From contig CAYXSR010000001.1 in the NCBI GenBank assembly GCA_964467735.1, forward strand, positions 23,244 through 87,243: DNA of 64,000 nt, given 5' to 3'. The notes below the pieces were generated by a model. That model saw nothing but the letters and a program-made list of their open reading frames with translations. It did not search any database and had not been told where the DNA came from. The translations under genes and the position numbers were made by a program. Each line of letters opens with the position of its first letter. Position 1 is the stretch's first letter. This document shows, in pieces, positions 61,054-64,000 of this stretch. The DNA comes from an uncultured Pseudomonadales bacterium. GTDB taxonomy: Bacteria > Patescibacteriota > Microgenomatia > UBA1400 > CAYXSR01.

Positions 61054-62388
61054 TTATTTTACTATAAATTTTCCTCTGTTTAAAAATTCTAATCTTTTAC
61101 CCTCCTCTAATAAAATTACATCTCTCTCCTGATATCCCATTTTTTGAGCTATCTTACTGTAGGAATACATATGTCGATAATCTCCTCCTATAGGAAGTAA
61201 ATATTTTGCTTTTATCAAAAACAAAAGCATTCTAATATCACCACTGGCACCATGTCCCGAAACATAAAGATTTTCTTGAGTTTCATAATAATGAATATTC
61301 ACTTTTCTCTTTGATAAATTATCGATTAATGTATTGACATCAATAATAACTCCCGGAGGAGAAGGATCAGCAGAAAATATTACCGTATCACCCATACCTA
61401 ATTTAACAAGTCTATGTTTGTCTCGACTAATTCTGTCTAAAGCTGAACCTTTTTGACCGTAACTTCCGGCAGCAATAACGGTAATTTTGTTTCTGGCTGA
61501 TTTCTTAATTCTAAAAGGCTTAATGAAATGTTTTTTTAGAGAATGGAAATAACCTAATTTTCTGCCAATCTCTACTGACTGTTCCATTGACTTTCCTAAA
61601 AATACTATTTTACGACCAGTATTAATTGAAGCAACTACTGCTTGCTTAATACGAGAAATATTGGAGGTTACGGTAGTAACTAATACTAATCCTTTTGCTT
61701 TGTGCATAATATTAGTAAAATTCTCTTCAATATTTGCTTCTGATTTCGTGTAACCTGTTTTTGTTGATCCTAAACAATCAGAAAGAAGTAATAGTGGCGG
61801 CTGTTTTCTACTAAGAAAAGCAACTTGATGGATATCAAACGGCCGATCATCAAATGGGGTAAAATCAAATTTATAATCAGCAACATGAAAAATATTTCCT
61901 ATTGGACTTTCAATAAAAAGACCTAAGCTTTCCGGAACTGAATGATTAATATGAAAAGCAGTCACTTTAAAGTCTCTAAAGAAAATTGTCGATCTTTTTT
62001 CGGTAAAATTAATAAATTCTAAGTTTTTAAGCGATAGACCAAAATCCTCTACTTTTGATTTAATAAACTCCTCAGCTAACTTAGAACTAAAAATAGGAAT
62101 ACTAGCATTACTTTTAGAAAAAAAGTGGGGAATTGCTCCATAATGATCAAAGTGGGCATGAGTAACAAAAAGCCCTTTTATTTTATGTCTTCTTTTAAGA
62201 AGATAACTAAAATCTGGGATGAAAAGTTCTTCTTGATTGGCATTCGGTTCATCGGGAAATCCTATTCCACAATCAACAATAATTATTTCTTTTTCTGTTT
62301 CGTAAACAAACATATTTTTTGTTACCGCTCCCACACCACCTAAGGGAATTATTTTTAACTTATTCATTGGTTTTTTAAAATCTTTCAT
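61054..62388 (-). CDS. rnj: RNase J (beta-CASP), C-terminally short
   Basis: IPLGG, HAHFDH, NHSVP, DYKFD, VSGH; motif C reads PIGGD. Confidence 0.88.
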   Translation of the reverse strand: MKDFKKPMNKLKIIPLGGVGAVTKNMFVYETEKEIIIVDCGIGFPDEPNANQEELFIPDFSYLLKRRHKIKGLFVTHAHFDHYGAIPHFFSKSNASIPIFSSKLAEEFIKSKVEDFGLSLKNLEFINFTEKRSTIFFRDFKVTAFHINHSVPESLGLFIESPIGNIFHVADYKFDFTPFDDRPFDIHQVAFLSRKQPPLLLLSDCLGSTKTGYTKSEANIEENFTNIMHKAKGLVLVTTVTSNISRIKQAVVASINTGRKIVFLGKSMEQSVEIGRKLGYFHSLKKHFIKPFRIKKSARNKITVIAAGSYGQKGSALDRISRDKHRLVKLGMGDTVIFSADPSPPGVIIDVNTLIDNLSKRKVNIHYYETQENLYVSGHGASGDIRMLLFLIKAKYLLPIGGDYRHMYSYSKIAQKMGYQERDVILLEEGKRLEFLNRGKFIVK

Positions 62389-62394
62389 AAACTT

Positions 62395-63468
62395 CTAAAA
62401 AGAGGGTAAAAATTCTTTTAAATTACTCTGATTTAAATGAAAATGTTCCCCCTTTCCTTCAACAATTAATTTACTAACTCTGCGGCATATTTTTTCAAGA
62501 TTTCTCTCTAGGCTCCTCATGCCGGCATCAAAGCCTAAAGGTCTAACAATTTTTGGCCATAAAGAACTATCAATTGTCAGGTTCTCTGTCCCTAATCCAG
62601 ATTCCTTCATAATCCTGGGTAGAAGATATTGTTTGGCAATAACTGTCTTTTCTTCATCTGAATAGGATGGCATCTGAATAACTTCCATCCTATCCAGAAC
62701 AGCAGTTGAAATATTTGCTGTGTTATTACAAGTAGTTACAAATAACACTTTCGATAAATCAAAAGGGTAGTCTATGTAATGATCAATAAAAAACATATTC
62801 TGTTGAGGATCGAGTACTTCAACTAAAACTCCCATAATATCACTCCGCGCATCTTCAGCCACCCGATCGATTTCATCTAAAAGAATGACTGGATTTCTAC
62901 TTTCTGCTTTTCTTAACGACTTAATAATCCAACCTGGTTCGTTGTCTGGATGAAGTTTTGATTGACCTCTAAGATCTAAAGCTGATCCCATTCCTCCAAA
63001 AGGAATACGACTAAATTTTCTTCCCATTGTTTCTGCCAAAGAATAAGCAAATGATGTTTTTCCTGTTCCCACTAAACCTACTAAACAAAGAATAGGAGAA
63101 GTTATTGGGTTATTTTTTTGTTTATTCAATCTTATTACCGATAGAAATTCTAAAATTCTCTCCTTAACGTCCTCCATACCATAGTGATATTTATTCATTA
63201 TTTCTTTTGCTCTATCTAAGTCTAAAATATCTTCTGTTTCTCTTTGCCATGGAAGAGAAATAAGCCAATCAAACCAATGAGTTATTTTCTCATATTCTTC
63301 AGCATAACCACCAAATTTTGCCATTCTTACCAAGCGTACCAACATATTTTCCGCTTTTTCTTTTAATCCTTCGGGGACACCACTTTCCTGAAGTTTCTTT
63401 TTTAATTGAGAAACTTCTTCAAAAAGATTACCTTGTACTGAAGGTGTATCAACACCAGTGTTATTCAT
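62395..63468 (-). CDS. Lon-type AAA+ ATPase without a protease domain
   Basis: HYGMEDVKERILEFL, GLVGTGKT, LLDEID, DHYIDYPFDLS, GMRSLER; stops before the protease domain. Confidence 0.85.
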   Translation of the reverse strand: MNNTGVDTPSVQGNLFEEVSQLKKKLQESGVPEGLKEKAENMLVRLVRMAKFGGYAEEYEKITHWFDWLISLPWQRETEDILDLDRAKEIMNKYHYGMEDVKERILEFLSVIRLNKQKNNPITSPILCLVGLVGTGKTSFAYSLAETMGRKFSRIPFGGMGSALDLRGQSKLHPDNEPGWIIKSLRKAESRNPVILLDEIDRVAEDARSDIMGVLVEVLDPQQNMFFIDHYIDYPFDLSKVLFVTTCNNTANISTAVLDRMEVIQMPSYSDEEKTVIAKQYLLPRIMKESGLGTENLTIDSSLWPKIVRPLGFDAGMRSLERNLEKICRRVSKLIVEGKGEHFHLNQSNLKEFLPSF

Positions 63469-63522
63469 TAAATATCATTATAGAAGGAAAGTCTCTGTCT
63501 TACAATAAAAAACAAGTAAGAA

Positions 63523-64000
63523 TCAACGATTAAATCGAGGTTGTTTATGAAATCTCTTTTTTGATTTTTTTTGGAAAGAGGACTTATTCTTATTTTTTTT
63601 AATTAAACTATCATCAAGAACCATCGAAAGATTTATTCTTCCTAAATCATCGATTTCTATTACTTTTACTTGAACTTTATCACCAATTTTTACGATATCC
63701 TCTGGGTTGGAAACAAATTCTGGAGACATTTTGGAAACATGAACTAAGCCTTCTTTACCCGGTAACACTTCAACAAATGCTCCAAAAGGCTGAATTCTCT
63801 TTACTTCGCCTTCAAAAACTTCTCCTACTTGAACTTCCCTTATTAAACCCTTAACCCAATCGGTTGCCTTTTTTACTGATTCTGGATCAACAGCAGAAAT
63901 AGTTACTTTCCCTTCATCGTTAATATCCATTGTTACTCCAGTATCGCTAATAATTTGACGAATCATTCTTCCTCCTGGTCCAATTACTTCGCCGATTTTA
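63523..64000 (-). CDS. pnp: Polyribonucleotide nucleotidyltransferase, 3' part (KH+S1); starts outside the window
   Basis: KIGEVIGPGGRMIRQI; FGAFVEVLPGKEGLVHVS. Confidence 0.93.
   Translation of the reverse strand, partial: KIGEVIGPGGRMIRQIISDTGVTMDINDEGKVTISAVDPESVKKATDWVKGLIREVQVGEVFEGEVKRIQPFGAFVEVLPGKEGLVHVSKMSPEFVSNPEDIVKIGDKVQVKVIEIDDLGRINLSMVLDDSLIKKNKNKSSFQKKSKKRFHKQPRFNR

Noticed and set aside
1-64000. Alternative genetic code (UGA=Gly), CRISPR arrays, introns or inteins in recA/rpoB/rpoC
   Set aside because: Conserved genes are full length under code 11 with TGA used as stop; no regularly spaced repeats or intein-sized insertions were seen.

Overview
AT-rich core chromosome of a Patescibacteria/CPR bacterium. 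The gene content looks Microgenomates-like (inference): uL30/rpmD is absent between rpsE and rplO, AlaRS and RNase J are shortened, and the RNase P RNA is minimal. Genetic code 11 fits, with TGA used as stop. The window holds an Rrf2-iscS-iscU operon, rnpB, a miaB / tsaC-tsaE fusion / tsaD tRNA-modification cluster, a small accessory block (ATP-cone nuclease, MgtA-like ATPase, VIT1) behind a rare tRNA-Ile(UAU), a GldAFG-like ABC system, recA-recX-rny-HU and tRNA-Pro(GGG). It also holds the complete rpoBC-str-S10-spc-alpha-rplM/rpsI supercluster and a pnp-LonAAA-rnj-ftsK-rodZ-alaS-[baseplate-J-like membrane protein]-sortase-yqgF-mltG block. I see no CRISPR array, integrase, transposase or rRNA. 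The best leads are a membrane-anchored baseplate-J-like protein beside a sortase, a switch-like structured RNA upstream of rny, a protease-less Lon ATPase between PNPase and an altered RNase J, the tRNA-Ile(UAU), an ATP-cone/PD-(D/E)xK nuclease, many leaderless-type promoters and a strongly remodelled rifampicin pocket. All family calls come from motifs read by eye; no database searches were run.
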